From Pseudonocardiaceae bacterium (lineage in GTDB: Bacteria > Actinomycetota > Actinomycetes > Mycobacteriales > Pseudonocardiaceae), in assembly GCA_035997545.1 (NCBI GenBank), contig DASYIL010000285.1:1-61384 (forward strand): a DNA stretch of 61,384 bases. The letters run 5' to 3'. Numbering within the stretch: the stretch's first letter is position 1; the number at the start of each line of letters is the position of its first letter. Below the pieces are notes generated by a model that saw only the letters and a program-made list of their open reading frames with translations, ran no database searches and had not been told where the DNA came from. Shown piece after piece: positions 48,459 to 57,068 of the stretch. The translations under genes were made by a program, and so were the position numbers.

Positions 48459-49322
48459 GTGACCGGCCCGCCGCAACCAAAGCACAGCGAACACGGGACA
48501 CCTCACGGGCGCGCCGAGGCCTTGCTGGGCACCATCGGCGTGGTGAAGCGCCTGGTCAACGCCTCGGAGACAGTGACCGCCAATCGCCGCTGGTGGGACA
48601 CCGACGCTGACGACTACCTCGCCGCACATGGCGACTTCCTGGGCCTGGCGGACTTCGTGTGGTGCCCGGAAGGGCTTCGCGAGTCGGACGCCGGTCTGCT
48701 CGGCGAGCTACCGGGCCGCTGGGTACTCGAGGTCGGTTGTGGGTCAGCGCCGTGCGCACGTTGGCTGGCCGCCCAGGGCGCGCACGTCGTCGGCCTGGAC
48801 CTGTCGGCTGGAATGCTGCGGTACGCGGTGCAGGCAGCCCGCGAAACCGGACTCTCAGTGCCCCTCGTGCAAGCCGACGCCGGTCGGTTGCCCTTCGCCG
48901 ACAGCAGTTTCGACGTGGCCTGTTCGGCGTTCGGCGCGGTGCCGTTCGTCGCGGACTCGGCCGCGGTGATGCGCGAGGTCGCGCGGGTGCTGCGCCCCGG
49001 CGGCCGATGGGTCTTTGCGGTGACCCACCCGATGCGCTGGACCTTCCCGGACGATCCCGGGGAGGCCGGCTTGACGGTGTCACAGTCGTATTTCGACCGC
49101 ACCCCTTACGTCGAGGTGGACACCCTGGGCAACCCCACCTACGTGGAGCACCACCGCACCCTGGGCGACCGCATCAGAGAGATCGTCGCCGCCGGGTTGG
49201 TACTGGAGGATCTGGTGGAGCCGGAGTGGCCCGCCGGGCTACAACGGGAATGGGGCCAGTGGAGCCCGTTCCGCGGCGCGCTGTTCCCAGGAACCGCGAT
49301 CTTCTGCTGCCGACGCCGCTGA
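48459..49322 (+). CDS. class I SAM-dependent methyltransferase
   Basis: ...VLEVGCGSAPCARWLAAQGAHVVGLDLSAGML...RVLRPGGRWVF... The start is uncertain; in-frame GTGs lie at 48540 and 48543. Confidence 0.8.
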   Translation: MTGPPQPKHSEHGTPHGRAEALLGTIGVVKRLVNASETVTANRRWWDTDADDYLAAHGDFLGLADFVWCPEGLRESDAGLLGELPGRWVLEVGCGSAPCARWLAAQGAHVVGLDLSAGMLRYAVQAARETGLSVPLVQADAGRLPFADSSFDVACSAFGAVPFVADSAAVMREVARVLRPGGRWVFAVTHPMRWTFPDDPGEAGLTVSQSYFDRTPYVEVDTLGNPTYVEHHRTLGDRIREIVAAGLVLEDLVEPEWPAGLQREWGQWSPFRGALFPGTAIFCCRRR

Positions 49323-49326
49323 TTGG

Positions 49327-49390
49327 CGCCATTCGGAGCCGGATCGCGGTCTGGCCTGGTGCCAGGAGCACTATTCGGAGCCGAATGGCG
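49327..49390. terminator. nested hairpin between the convergent methyltransferase and polA genes
   Basis: CGCCATTCGG (49327-49336) pairs with CCGAATGGCG (49381-49390). An inner CTGGC/GCCAG stem is present. ATTCGGAGCCG occurs twice (49331-49341 and 49374-49384). Confidence 0.4.
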
Positions 49391-49394
49391 GGTC

Positions 49395-52076
49395 TCAGTG
49401 CGCCGCATCGTCCCAGGACCGTCCGACGCCCACCGAGACTTCCAGCGGGACGTCCAGCGCATACGCCGAGCCCATCTCACGACGCACCAGTGTCTCCACC
49501 ACCGCCCGCTCGTCCTGTGCGACTTCCAGCACCAGCTCGTCGTGTACCTGCAGCAGCATCCGGGAACGCAACCCCTCGGCGCGCAACGCGCGGGCGACGC
49601 CCAGCATCGCGACCTTGATGATGTCCGCCGCGCTGCCCTGGATAGGCGCATTGAGCGCCATCCGCTCGGCCATCTCGCGACGCTGCCGGTTGTCACTGAC
49701 CAGGTCGGGCAGGTAGCGCCGCCGACCCAGGATGGTGGCCGTGTAGCCGTCCATCCGGGCCTTTTCGACCACCGCCCGCAGGTAGTCGCGGACACCGCCG
49801 AACCGGGCGAAATACTCCTCCATCAGCTCGCGAGCCTCCTCGGTGGAGATCCGCAACTGAGCGGACAGCCCGAAGGCCGACAGCCCGTAAGCCAGGCCGT
49901 AGTTCATCGCCTTGATCTTGGCACGTTGCTCGCCAGTGACCGCGGCAGCGTCCACCGCGAATACCCGCGCAGCGGTGGCGGCGTGGAAGTCGTACCCCGA
50001 AGTGAACGACTCGATCAGCGCGGTGTCCTCGGACAGATGCGCCATGACCCGCATCTCAATCTGGCTATAGTCCGCTGTCATCAGCTCCGAGTAGCCAGAG
50101 CCCACCACGAACGCCCGTCGGATCCGGCGTCCGGACTCGGTGCGGATGTGGATGTTCTGCAGGTTCGGTTCAGTGGAGGACAGTCGGCCGGTCGCGGCGA
50201 TGGTTTGGTTGTAGGTGGTGTGGATGCGCCCGTCATCGGCCACGGCTTTCAGCAGCCCATCCACGGTGGTCTTGAGGCGGGTCGCGTCGCGGTGCGCCAG
50301 CAGATGCGCCAGGAATGGGTGCCCGGTGGATTCGTAGAGCGTCAGCAGCGCGTCGGCGTCCGTGGTGTATCCGGTCTTGATGCGTTTGGTCTTGGGCATG
50401 CCCAGCTCGTCGAAGAGCACTACCTGCAGCTGCTTGGGTGAGCCCAGGTTGACCTCCTTGCCGATCACCGCATAGCAGTCCTGCTCGGCTTGCTTCACCG
50501 CGGCGGAGAAGCGGGCCTCTAGCTCGGCCAGCACGTCACCGTCGACGGCGATACCGGCCGCCTCCAGCTCGGCCAGCTCGGCCAGCAATGGCAGCTCCAG
50601 GTCGGTGAGCAACGACCGGCCCGTTATCCGGTCCAGCTCAGCGTCCAGTGCGACGGCCAGCTCGGCCACGGCGCGGGCCCGCATGATCTCATCGGCCGCG
50701 CGGGCGGCTGCGTCCTCGCCCTCGAACAGGCTCGGTTGGGCGCCGTCCTCAGACTCCACACGCAACTCCCTGCGCAGGTAGCGCAACACCAGGTCGGCGA
50801 GGTCGAACGAACGCTGGCCGGGCCGGACCAGGTAGGCGGCCAGTGCGGTGTCGCTGGTCAGCCCGGCCAGAGCGCCGCCGCGCGCGCGTAGCGCGTGCAG
50901 AAACGGCTTGGCGTCATGCGCGGCCTTGGGCGCGGCCGGGTCGGCCAGCCACTGCGCCAGCGCCCGCTCGTCGTCGGGGGTCAGCGCGCGCGGATCGAGG
51001 TAGCCGCCCTCACCGTCGGGACTGGCCAGGGCGAGACTTTCCAGATCCCCGGCGCCGCGCACCCAGCTACCCCGGCAGGCAAGCCCCACCCGGCGCCCGT
51101 CCTTAGCGTGCGCATCCAGCCAAGCAGCCACCCCACCCGGCTCGATCATCCCGCCGCGCACCTCGAAGCCGTCCTCGGCCTCGGGCTCGGATGCGCTCAA
51201 CGTGGCGAACAGCCGATCCCGCAACACCCGGAATTCCAGCTCGTCGAACAGCCGGTGCACGGCGTCCCGGTCCCACGGTTTCAACGCCAGGTCGGCGGGC
51301 TGCTCTGGTATGTCGACATTCCGGACCAGCTCGGTGAGCTGGCGGTTGAGCAGCACCGAGGCGAGGTGCTCGCGCAGCGCGTCACCAGCCTTGCCTTTGA
51401 CCTCATCCACCCGATCGACCAGAGCGTCCAGCGACCCGAACTCCCGCACCCACTTCACCGCGGTCTTCTCCCCCACACCAGGGATACCGGGCAGGTTGTC
51501 CGAAGGGTCACCGCGCAACGCCGCGTAGTCCGGATACTGCTGGGGGGTCAGGCCGTAACGCTCGACGACCTCGTCGGGGGTGAATCGGGTCAGGTCCGAG
51601 ACACCCTTGCGCGGATAGAGCACCGTCACCTGGTCGCTGACCAGTTGTAACACGTCCCGATCCCCGGTGCAGACCAGCACCTCATAACCGTCCGGCTCGG
51701 CCCGGGTGACCAGGGTCGCGATGAGGTCATCGGCTTCGTAGTTCTCTTTGGTGAGCACCGGGATGCCCAGGGTGCCCAGCACGTCGTGGATCAGCGAGAC
51801 CTGGCCGCGGAACTCGTCGGGTGTGGTACTGCGGTTGGCCTTGTAGGGCGCGTAGGTCTCCGCGCGAAAGGTCTTGCGGGAAACGTCGAACGCTGCGGCG
51901 ACGTGGCTGGGCTGCTCGTCGCGGAGCAGGTTGATCAGCATCGAGGTGAAGCCGTACACCGCGTTGGTTGCCTGCCCCGTCGTGGTGCGGAAGTTCTCCG
52001 CAGGCAGCGCGTAAAAAGCCCGGTAGGCCAGCGAGTGACCATCGAGCAGGAGCAACCGCGGTGGGGAAACCGTCAC
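49395..52076 (-). CDS. polA: DNA polymerase I
   Basis: 5'-nuclease N-terminus (...LLLLDGHSLAYRAFYAL...), then the 3'-5' exonuclease-like region. Pol A motifs follow (...DYSQIEMRVMAHLS..., ...QVHDELVLEV...). The GTG start is at 52076. Confidence 0.95.
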   Translation of the reverse strand: MTVSPPRLLLLDGHSLAYRAFYALPAENFRTTTGQATNAVYGFTSMLINLLRDEQPSHVAAAFDVSRKTFRAETYAPYKANRSTTPDEFRGQVSLIHDVLGTLGIPVLTKENYEADDLIATLVTRAEPDGYEVLVCTGDRDVLQLVSDQVTVLYPRKGVSDLTRFTPDEVVERYGLTPQQYPDYAALRGDPSDNLPGIPGVGEKTAVKWVREFGSLDALVDRVDEVKGKAGDALREHLASVLLNRQLTELVRNVDIPEQPADLALKPWDRDAVHRLFDELEFRVLRDRLFATLSASEPEAEDGFEVRGGMIEPGGVAAWLDAHAKDGRRVGLACRGSWVRGAGDLESLALASPDGEGGYLDPRALTPDDERALAQWLADPAAPKAAHDAKPFLHALRARGGALAGLTSDTALAAYLVRPGQRSFDLADLVLRYLRRELRVESEDGAQPSLFEGEDAAARAADEIMRARAVAELAVALDAELDRITGRSLLTDLELPLLAELAELEAAGIAVDGDVLAELEARFSAAVKQAEQDCYAVIGKEVNLGSPKQLQVVLFDELGMPKTKRIKTGYTTDADALLTLYESTGHPFLAHLLAHRDATRLKTTVDGLLKAVADDGRIHTTYNQTIAATGRLSSTEPNLQNIHIRTESGRRIRRAFVVGSGYSELMTADYSQIEMRVMAHLSEDTALIESFTSGYDFHAATAARVFAVDAAAVTGEQRAKIKAMNYGLAYGLSAFGLSAQLRISTEEARELMEEYFARFGGVRDYLRAVVEKARMDGYTATILGRRRYLPDLVSDNRQRREMAERMALNAPIQGSAADIIKVAMLGVARALRAEGLRSRMLLQVHDELVLEVAQDERAVVETLVRREMGSAYALDVPLEVSVGVGRSWDDAAH

Positions 52077-52084
52077 GGCCCGCG

Positions 52085-52106
52085 AGTCTAGGCCGAGCCA
52101 CCGACA
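52085..52106 (-). promoter_or_regulatory. RecA-NDp (PafBC-type) promoter motif directly upstream of polA
   Basis: The minus strand reads TGTCGGTG-GCTCGGCC-TAGACT, a perfect match to TGTCRGTG-N8-TANNNT. It is followed by 8 nt and then the polA GTG. Confidence 0.6.
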
Positions 52107-52196
52107 TCCCCGCCAACCTGTGGGTGTAACGCGCCATATGGATGCTTGTCGCAGCCGGGGACTGCGTACGGTGGGGTTCGGTTGAGGAGGTTGGGT

Positions 52197-52640
52197 GTGA
52201 GTGCGTCTGGCGTCCCGCCCGAGGTTGATCCGGCTACCAGCGAGCTGATGGCCCAGTGGGCGGACGAGCAGCTCGCCGAGCGGATGGGCATCAAGATCAC
52301 CGAATGGGGCCCGGAGCGGATGGTGGGGACCATGCCGGTGGCGGGCAACCGTCAGCCGTTCGGGCTGCTGCACGGCGCGGCGAATGCGGTGCTGGCCGAG
52401 ACCCTCGGCTCCTTCGCGGCCCTGCTGTGGGGTGGGCCGGACAAGGTTCCGCTGGGGCTGGAGCTGTCCTGCTCACACCACCGGGCGGCCACTGAGGGCG
52501 AGGTCACCGGCGTGTGCACGCCGCTGCACCGCGGCCGCACGGTGGCGACCTTCGAGATCCGGATCAGCGACGAGCCGGGCCGCCCAATCTGCACGGCCCG
52601 GCTGACCTGCATACTTCGGGGTCGCCCACCAGCAGGGTGA
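52197..52640 (+). CDS. PaaI-family hot-dog fold thioesterase
   Basis: ...GIKITEWGPERMVGTMPVAGNRQPFGLLHGAANAVLAETLGS...GRTVATFEIRI... The GTG at 52197 is preceded by GAGGAGG at 6-nt spacing. Confidence 0.8.
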   Translation: MSASGVPPEVDPATSELMAQWADEQLAERMGIKITEWGPERMVGTMPVAGNRQPFGLLHGAANAVLAETLGSFAALLWGGPDKVPLGLELSCSHHRAATEGEVTGVCTPLHRGRTVATFEIRISDEPGRPICTARLTCILRGRPPAG

Positions 52641-52730
52641 CCCGACGGTCGCCTTGGACCCGGTGCTCGGCGCTGCGCGTCTGACTCATGACCGGACCTG
52701 CCGGTTGGTGAGCGCTGCCGATAGCTCACT

Positions 52731-54209
52731 ATGGGCACTCTGTCGGCCAGTGGGGGGACCATCGGATCTCCGCCGACCGTCCGGAGGAGGAGGCGCACGC
52801 CCGTGGGACCACCAGGCCCCGTCCGGCGACCGAGCAGGGCGCAGTCCGAGAAACGCACACCCACCCACCGGGCTCCCGGCGCGCTCCGCGCGCTGCTCCA
52901 CGCGCTGGTCGCCCCACTGATCGTTACCGCCACGCTGCTGTGCCTGTCCACGCCGGCACTGGCCGCCCAGCAACCATCCCCCACCCCATCCGCACCGTCG
53001 CAGCCAGCCACGCCCGAGGAGCCGGGACTGCCGGTCAACGGCACGCTGCGCAACGTCGACGGCACGCTGCTCGCCAGCGTCCGGGTGCTGGTCCTTGACG
53101 CCCGCGGCCAGCAGGTCGCCAGCACTGCCTCGGACACCAGCGGTCGCTGGGAGCTGACCGTGCCCAAACCCGGCCAGTACACCTTCCGGATCGACCAGCA
53201 ATCCCTGCCCCGGGGTGTCGAGGTGCTCCAGGGAGAGGTGGTCCGCGAGGTGGCCCCAGGGATGTTGTCGCTGGTCGTGTTCCGATTCGGGGCGCAACGC
53301 GAAGGCTTGCAGACCTCCGCGACCGCACAGGTCGTGCGAGTACTGGTCGACGGTATCCGGTTTGGTCTGGTCATCGGCATCACCGGGGTGGGCCTGTCGC
53401 TGATCTTCGGGACCACCGGGCTGACCAACTTCGCGCACGGCGAGCTGGTCACGATCGGAGCCGTGGTGGCCTGGACGCTGAACGTCACCTTCGGGCTGCA
53501 ACTGATCTGGGCCACCTTGCTGGCCATCGTGGTCGGCGCCGCGCTCGGTGCGGTCAACGATCTAGGCATCTGGCGGCCGATGCGACAGCGCCACGCTGGC
53601 CTCGTCGCCCAGCTGGTGATCTCCATCGGCCTGGCTCTGGCGCTGCGCTACCTGGTGCTGATCTATTTCGGTGGCCAGTCCGAGGCGTTCGCCGACTACA
53701 CCAACCAGGTGGAGCGCAACTACGGCATCATCAGTATCACTGACAAGGATGTCGCCACGATCATGATCAGCCTGGCGGTCCTGGTCGGGATCGCGCTGCT
53801 GCTACAACGGACCCGGATTGGCAAGGCCATGCGCGCGGTATCGGACAACCGGGACCTGGCGGCCTCGTCGGGCATCAATGTCGAGCGGGTCGTGTTGTTC
53901 GTGTGGATCCTGGCCGGCGCGCTGACGGCGCTGGGCGGCGTGCTGTTCGGCCTGTCCGAGCTGGCCGGGACGGTGCAGTACGAGATGGGCTTCACGCTGC
54001 TGCTGCTGATGTTCGCCGGGGTGATCCTGGGCGGGCTGGGCACCGCCTACGGCGCCCTGGTGGGCTGCCTGCTCGTCGGCGTGCTGGTCCAGGTGTCCGC
54101 CCAGATCATCCCGGTCGACCTCAAGTACCTGGGTGGGCTCGCGGTACTCGTCGTCATCCTGGTGATCCGACCACAGGGCCTGCTCGGCAGCCGCGCGCGG
54201 ATCGGGTGA
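52731..54209 (+). CDS. livH: branched-chain amino acid ABC permease (LivH-type) with N-terminal signal peptide and CarboxypepD_reg-like domain
   Basis: The C-terminal ~300 aa are a LivH-type permease (...GLSLIFGTTGLTNFAHGEL...). The N-terminal ~190 aa hold a hydrophobic signal (LIVTATLLCLSTPALAAQQ), a Pro/Ser linker, and GTLRNVDGTLLASVRVLVLDARGQQVASTASDTSGRWELTVPKPGQYTFRI. Confidence 0.85.
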   Translation: MGTLSASGGTIGSPPTVRRRRRTPVGPPGPVRRPSRAQSEKRTPTHRAPGALRALLHALVAPLIVTATLLCLSTPALAAQQPSPTPSAPSQPATPEEPGLPVNGTLRNVDGTLLASVRVLVLDARGQQVASTASDTSGRWELTVPKPGQYTFRIDQQSLPRGVEVLQGEVVREVAPGMLSLVVFRFGAQREGLQTSATAQVVRVLVDGIRFGLVIGITGVGLSLIFGTTGLTNFAHGELVTIGAVVAWTLNVTFGLQLIWATLLAIVVGAALGAVNDLGIWRPMRQRHAGLVAQLVISIGLALALRYLVLIYFGGQSEAFADYTNQVERNYGIISITDKDVATIMISLAVLVGIALLLQRTRIGKAMRAVSDNRDLAASSGINVERVVLFVWILAGALTALGGVLFGLSELAGTVQYEMGFTLLLLMFAGVILGGLGTAYGALVGCLLVGVLVQVSAQIIPVDLKYLGGLAVLVVILVIRPQGLLGSRARIG

Positions 54210-54213
54210 GCAG

Positions 54214-55212
54214 ATGATCGACGTCCCGAGCCTGCTCACCAACGGCATCGCAGCGCTGGTCGGTCCCTCGGCGATCTTCTTTGCGTTGCTCGCGATCGGG
54301 CTGAACATTCATTTCGGCTACACCGGTCTGCTCAACTTCGGCCAGATCGGCTTCGCGCTGGTCGGTGGGTACGGCATGGGGATCGCGGTGGTGCAATACG
54401 GCCTGCCGCTGTGGGTGGGCGTGCTGGTAGGGATGGCTGCCGGCGCGGGGCTCGCACTACTGCTCGGGATCCCGACGCTGCGGCTGCGCGCCGACTACCT
54501 GGCGATCGTCACGATCGCGGCTGCCGAAATCTTGCGCCTGATCACCCGGTCGACCTCGATGACCGATTTCTCCGGCGGGACCCAGGGCCTTACCGGCTTC
54601 GGTGGCGGCTTCCGCCAGCTCAGCCCGTTCGACAACGGCCGCTTCTACAACTTCCTCGGAGTACGATTTCTCGGCCAGGACCTATGGTCGATCTGCGTAG
54701 GTTGGACCGTGGTTGGTCTGTCGCTGTTGTTGGTATTCCTCCTGGTGCGCAGCCCGTGGGGCCGGGTGCTCAAGGCAATCCGGGAGGACGAGGACGCGGC
54801 CAGAGCACTGGGAAAGAACGTTTTCGCCTACAAGATGCAAGTATTGGTGCTGGGCGGGATGTTGGGTGCGGTCGGCGGTATCGTCTTCGCGTTGACCACA
54901 CAGTCGCTCACACCAGACTTCTACTCACCACCACAGACCTTCTTCGCCTACGCGGCTCTCATCATCGGTGGGGCCGGCCGGGTGTTCGGCCCGGTGATCG
55001 GCGCAATGATCTTCTGGTTTGTGCTCTCCGTCACGGATAACTTCCTCCGCCAGGCCACCGCGGGCGGTCACCCACTGATCACCTTCATCGACAATCAGGA
55101 TGTCGGCGCGATCCGCTTCGTCTTGGTAGGGGTCGCCCTGGCGCTGCTCATGGCGTTCCGGCCGCAGGGTATCTTCGGTAACAAGAACGAGGTGCTGCTC
55201 GATGCGCGCTGA
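54214..55212 (+). CDS. livM: branched-chain amino acid ABC permease (LivM-type)
   Basis: 332-aa multi-TM protein (...NIHFGYTGLLNFGQIGF...) positioned between livH and livG. Confidence 0.9.
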   Translation: MIDVPSLLTNGIAALVGPSAIFFALLAIGLNIHFGYTGLLNFGQIGFALVGGYGMGIAVVQYGLPLWVGVLVGMAAGAGLALLLGIPTLRLRADYLAIVTIAAAEILRLITRSTSMTDFSGGTQGLTGFGGGFRQLSPFDNGRFYNFLGVRFLGQDLWSICVGWTVVGLSLLLVFLLVRSPWGRVLKAIREDEDAARALGKNVFAYKMQVLVLGGMLGAVGGIVFALTTQSLTPDFYSPPQTFFAYAALIIGGAGRVFGPVIGAMIFWFVLSVTDNFLRQATAGGHPLITFIDNQDVGAIRFVLVGVALALLMAFRPQGIFGNKNEVLLDAR

Positions 55213-56206
55213 GCATCCGTTGGCCGGGGTGCCCGCCGAGCCGGGCGCCCCGAAACCGGATCCGGTGCTGGTGATCGATTCGATCACTCGCTCGTTCGGC
55301 GGCCTGCGGGCCGTCGATGTGGCCCATCTGGAATTCCAGCGGGGCTGCATCACGGGGCTGATCGGCCCGAACGGGGCGGGTAAGACCACGCTGTTCAACC
55401 TGCTCACCGGTTTCGACCGGCCCAACACCGGCCGCTGGACCTTCAACGGAACCTCACTGTCCCGGCTCGCCCCACATCAGGTGGCCCGCCGCGGAGTGGT
55501 CCGCACCTTCCAACTCACCAAGGCGCTCGCCAAGATCACCGTGCTGGACAACATGCGCCTGGGCGCCCCGAAACAGACCGGCGAACGGTTTTTCGGTGCC
55601 CTGCTGGGCACCTGGGGCGGGCAGGAGCGGGCCAACACCCGCAAAGCGATGGAACTGCTCACTCGGTTCCGCCTGGACGCCAAGGCCGACGATCTCGCCG
55701 GCTGCCTATCCGGCGGGCAGCGCAAGCTGCTGGAAATGGCCAGGGCACTGATGATGGACCCGACCGTCGTGATGCTCGACGAGCCGATGGCCGGGGTGAA
55801 CCCCGCGCTCACCGAAAATCTTCTCGAGCACGTCAAGTCCCTGCGCGACGACGGCATGACTGTGGTGTTCGTGGAGCACGACATGGACGTCATCCGGGAC
55901 ATCAGTGACTGGGTGGTCGTGATGGCCCAGGGCAAGGTGATCGCCGAGGGCAGGCCGGACGCGCTGTCATCCAATAAGGCGGTTGTCGACGCCTATCTGG
56001 GCGCGCACCACGATCAGGCGCTGGAGTTCGACGCCGAGGGCAACCCGGTGGGACAGACGGCGGTGCTCGTCGCCGAGATTGAAAGCGAGCTCGAGGCGGC
56101 CATCGAACGCGGCGAGGACCTGTCAGCCCCCACGGTGACGAATACCGCGGCGACGAACACCGCGGCGACCGACAATGCCGTCGCACGCCGGGGGAATCGA
56201 CCGTGA
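55202..56206 (+). CDS. livG: ABC transporter ATP-binding protein (LivG-type) with C-terminal extension
   Basis: Walker A GPNGAGKTT, signature LSGGQRKLLE, Walker B VVMLDEP. A roughly 70-aa tail contains the TNTAATNTAATDNA repeat. Confidence 0.9.
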   Translation: MRAEHPLAGVPAEPGAPKPDPVLVIDSITRSFGGLRAVDVAHLEFQRGCITGLIGPNGAGKTTLFNLLTGFDRPNTGRWTFNGTSLSRLAPHQVARRGVVRTFQLTKALAKITVLDNMRLGAPKQTGERFFGALLGTWGGQERANTRKAMELLTRFRLDAKADDLAGCLSGGQRKLLEMARALMMDPTVVMLDEPMAGVNPALTENLLEHVKSLRDDGMTVVFVEHDMDVIRDISDWVVVMAQGKVIAEGRPDALSSNKAVVDAYLGAHHDQALEFDAEGNPVGQTAVLVAEIESELEAAIERGEDLSAPTVTNTAATNTAATDNAVARRGNRP

Positions 56207-57027
56207 CCGCCTCGGCCGGTAATGGCCCAACTAGCAATGGGTTGTCCCCCGCCGAGTTTGCCGCGACCCGGCAGCGGCACCGCGAGTTGGCCCAGGACGC
56301 GCTGTTGCGGGCCGACGACCTGGTGGCCGGTTACCTGCCCGGCGTGAACATCCTGCGGGACTGCAATTTCTTCCTCCATGATGGCGAAATAGTCGGCATC
56401 ATCGGGCCCAACGGCGCGGGCAAGTCGACGCTGCTCAAAGCGATGTTCGGACTCATCCCGGTGCGTGGTGGCAGTGTCACGCTGCGAGGCACCGACATCA
56501 CCTCGGCCAAGGCTCACGTGCTCGTCACCAAGGGCGTGGGCTATGTGCCGCAGAACAACAACGTGTTCCCCTCGCTGACCATCGAGGAGAACATGCAGAT
56601 GGGCGTATACCTGCGGCCACGTACCTGCACCGCCAGGTTCGACGCGGTGTGCTCGCTGTTCCCGCTGCTGCGCGACCGGCGCAAGACCAAGGCCGGGGCG
56701 CTGTCGGGAGGAGAGCGGCAGATGGTGGCGATGGGCAGGGCGTTGATGATGGAACCGTCGGTCCTGCTGCTCGACGAGCCCTCCGCCGGCCTGTCGCCAA
56801 TGTTCGCCGACGAGGTCTTCGTGCGCTGCAAGAAGATCAATGCAGCCGGTATCTCGATCGTGATGGTCGAGCAGAATGCCCGGCGCTGCCTGCAGGTCTG
56901 CGACCGAGCCTACGTGCTGGACCAAGGCCGCAACGCCTACACCGACACCGGGCTGGCGTTGATGAACGACCCCAAGGTCGTCGAGCTCTACCTGGGCACC
57001 CTGGCCGGATCAAGCGAGGACGGATAG
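56203..57027 (+). CDS. livF: ABC transporter ATP-binding protein (LivF-type)
   Basis: Walker A GPNGAGKST, signature LSGGERQMVA, Walker B LLLLDEP. The start overlaps the livG stop (GTGA, 4 nt). Confidence 0.9.
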   Translation: MTASAGNGPTSNGLSPAEFAATRQRHRELAQDALLRADDLVAGYLPGVNILRDCNFFLHDGEIVGIIGPNGAGKSTLLKAMFGLIPVRGGSVTLRGTDITSAKAHVLVTKGVGYVPQNNNVFPSLTIEENMQMGVYLRPRTCTARFDAVCSLFPLLRDRRKTKAGALSGGERQMVAMGRALMMEPSVLLLDEPSAGLSPMFADEVFVRCKKINAAGISIVMVEQNARRCLQVCDRAYVLDQGRNAYTDTGLALMNDPKVVELYLGTLAGSSEDG

Positions 57028-57032
57028 TTTGA

Positions 57033-57065
57033 GTGGGGGCACCGAGTCTCAACCGGCGCCCCCAC
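57033..57065. terminator. 12-bp (one mismatch) GC-rich hairpin between the convergent livF and substrate-binding protein genes
   Basis: GTGGGGGCACCG (57033-57044) pairs with CGGCGCCCCCAC (57054-57065) around a 9-nt loop. Confidence 0.55.
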
Positions 57066-57068
57066 CGG

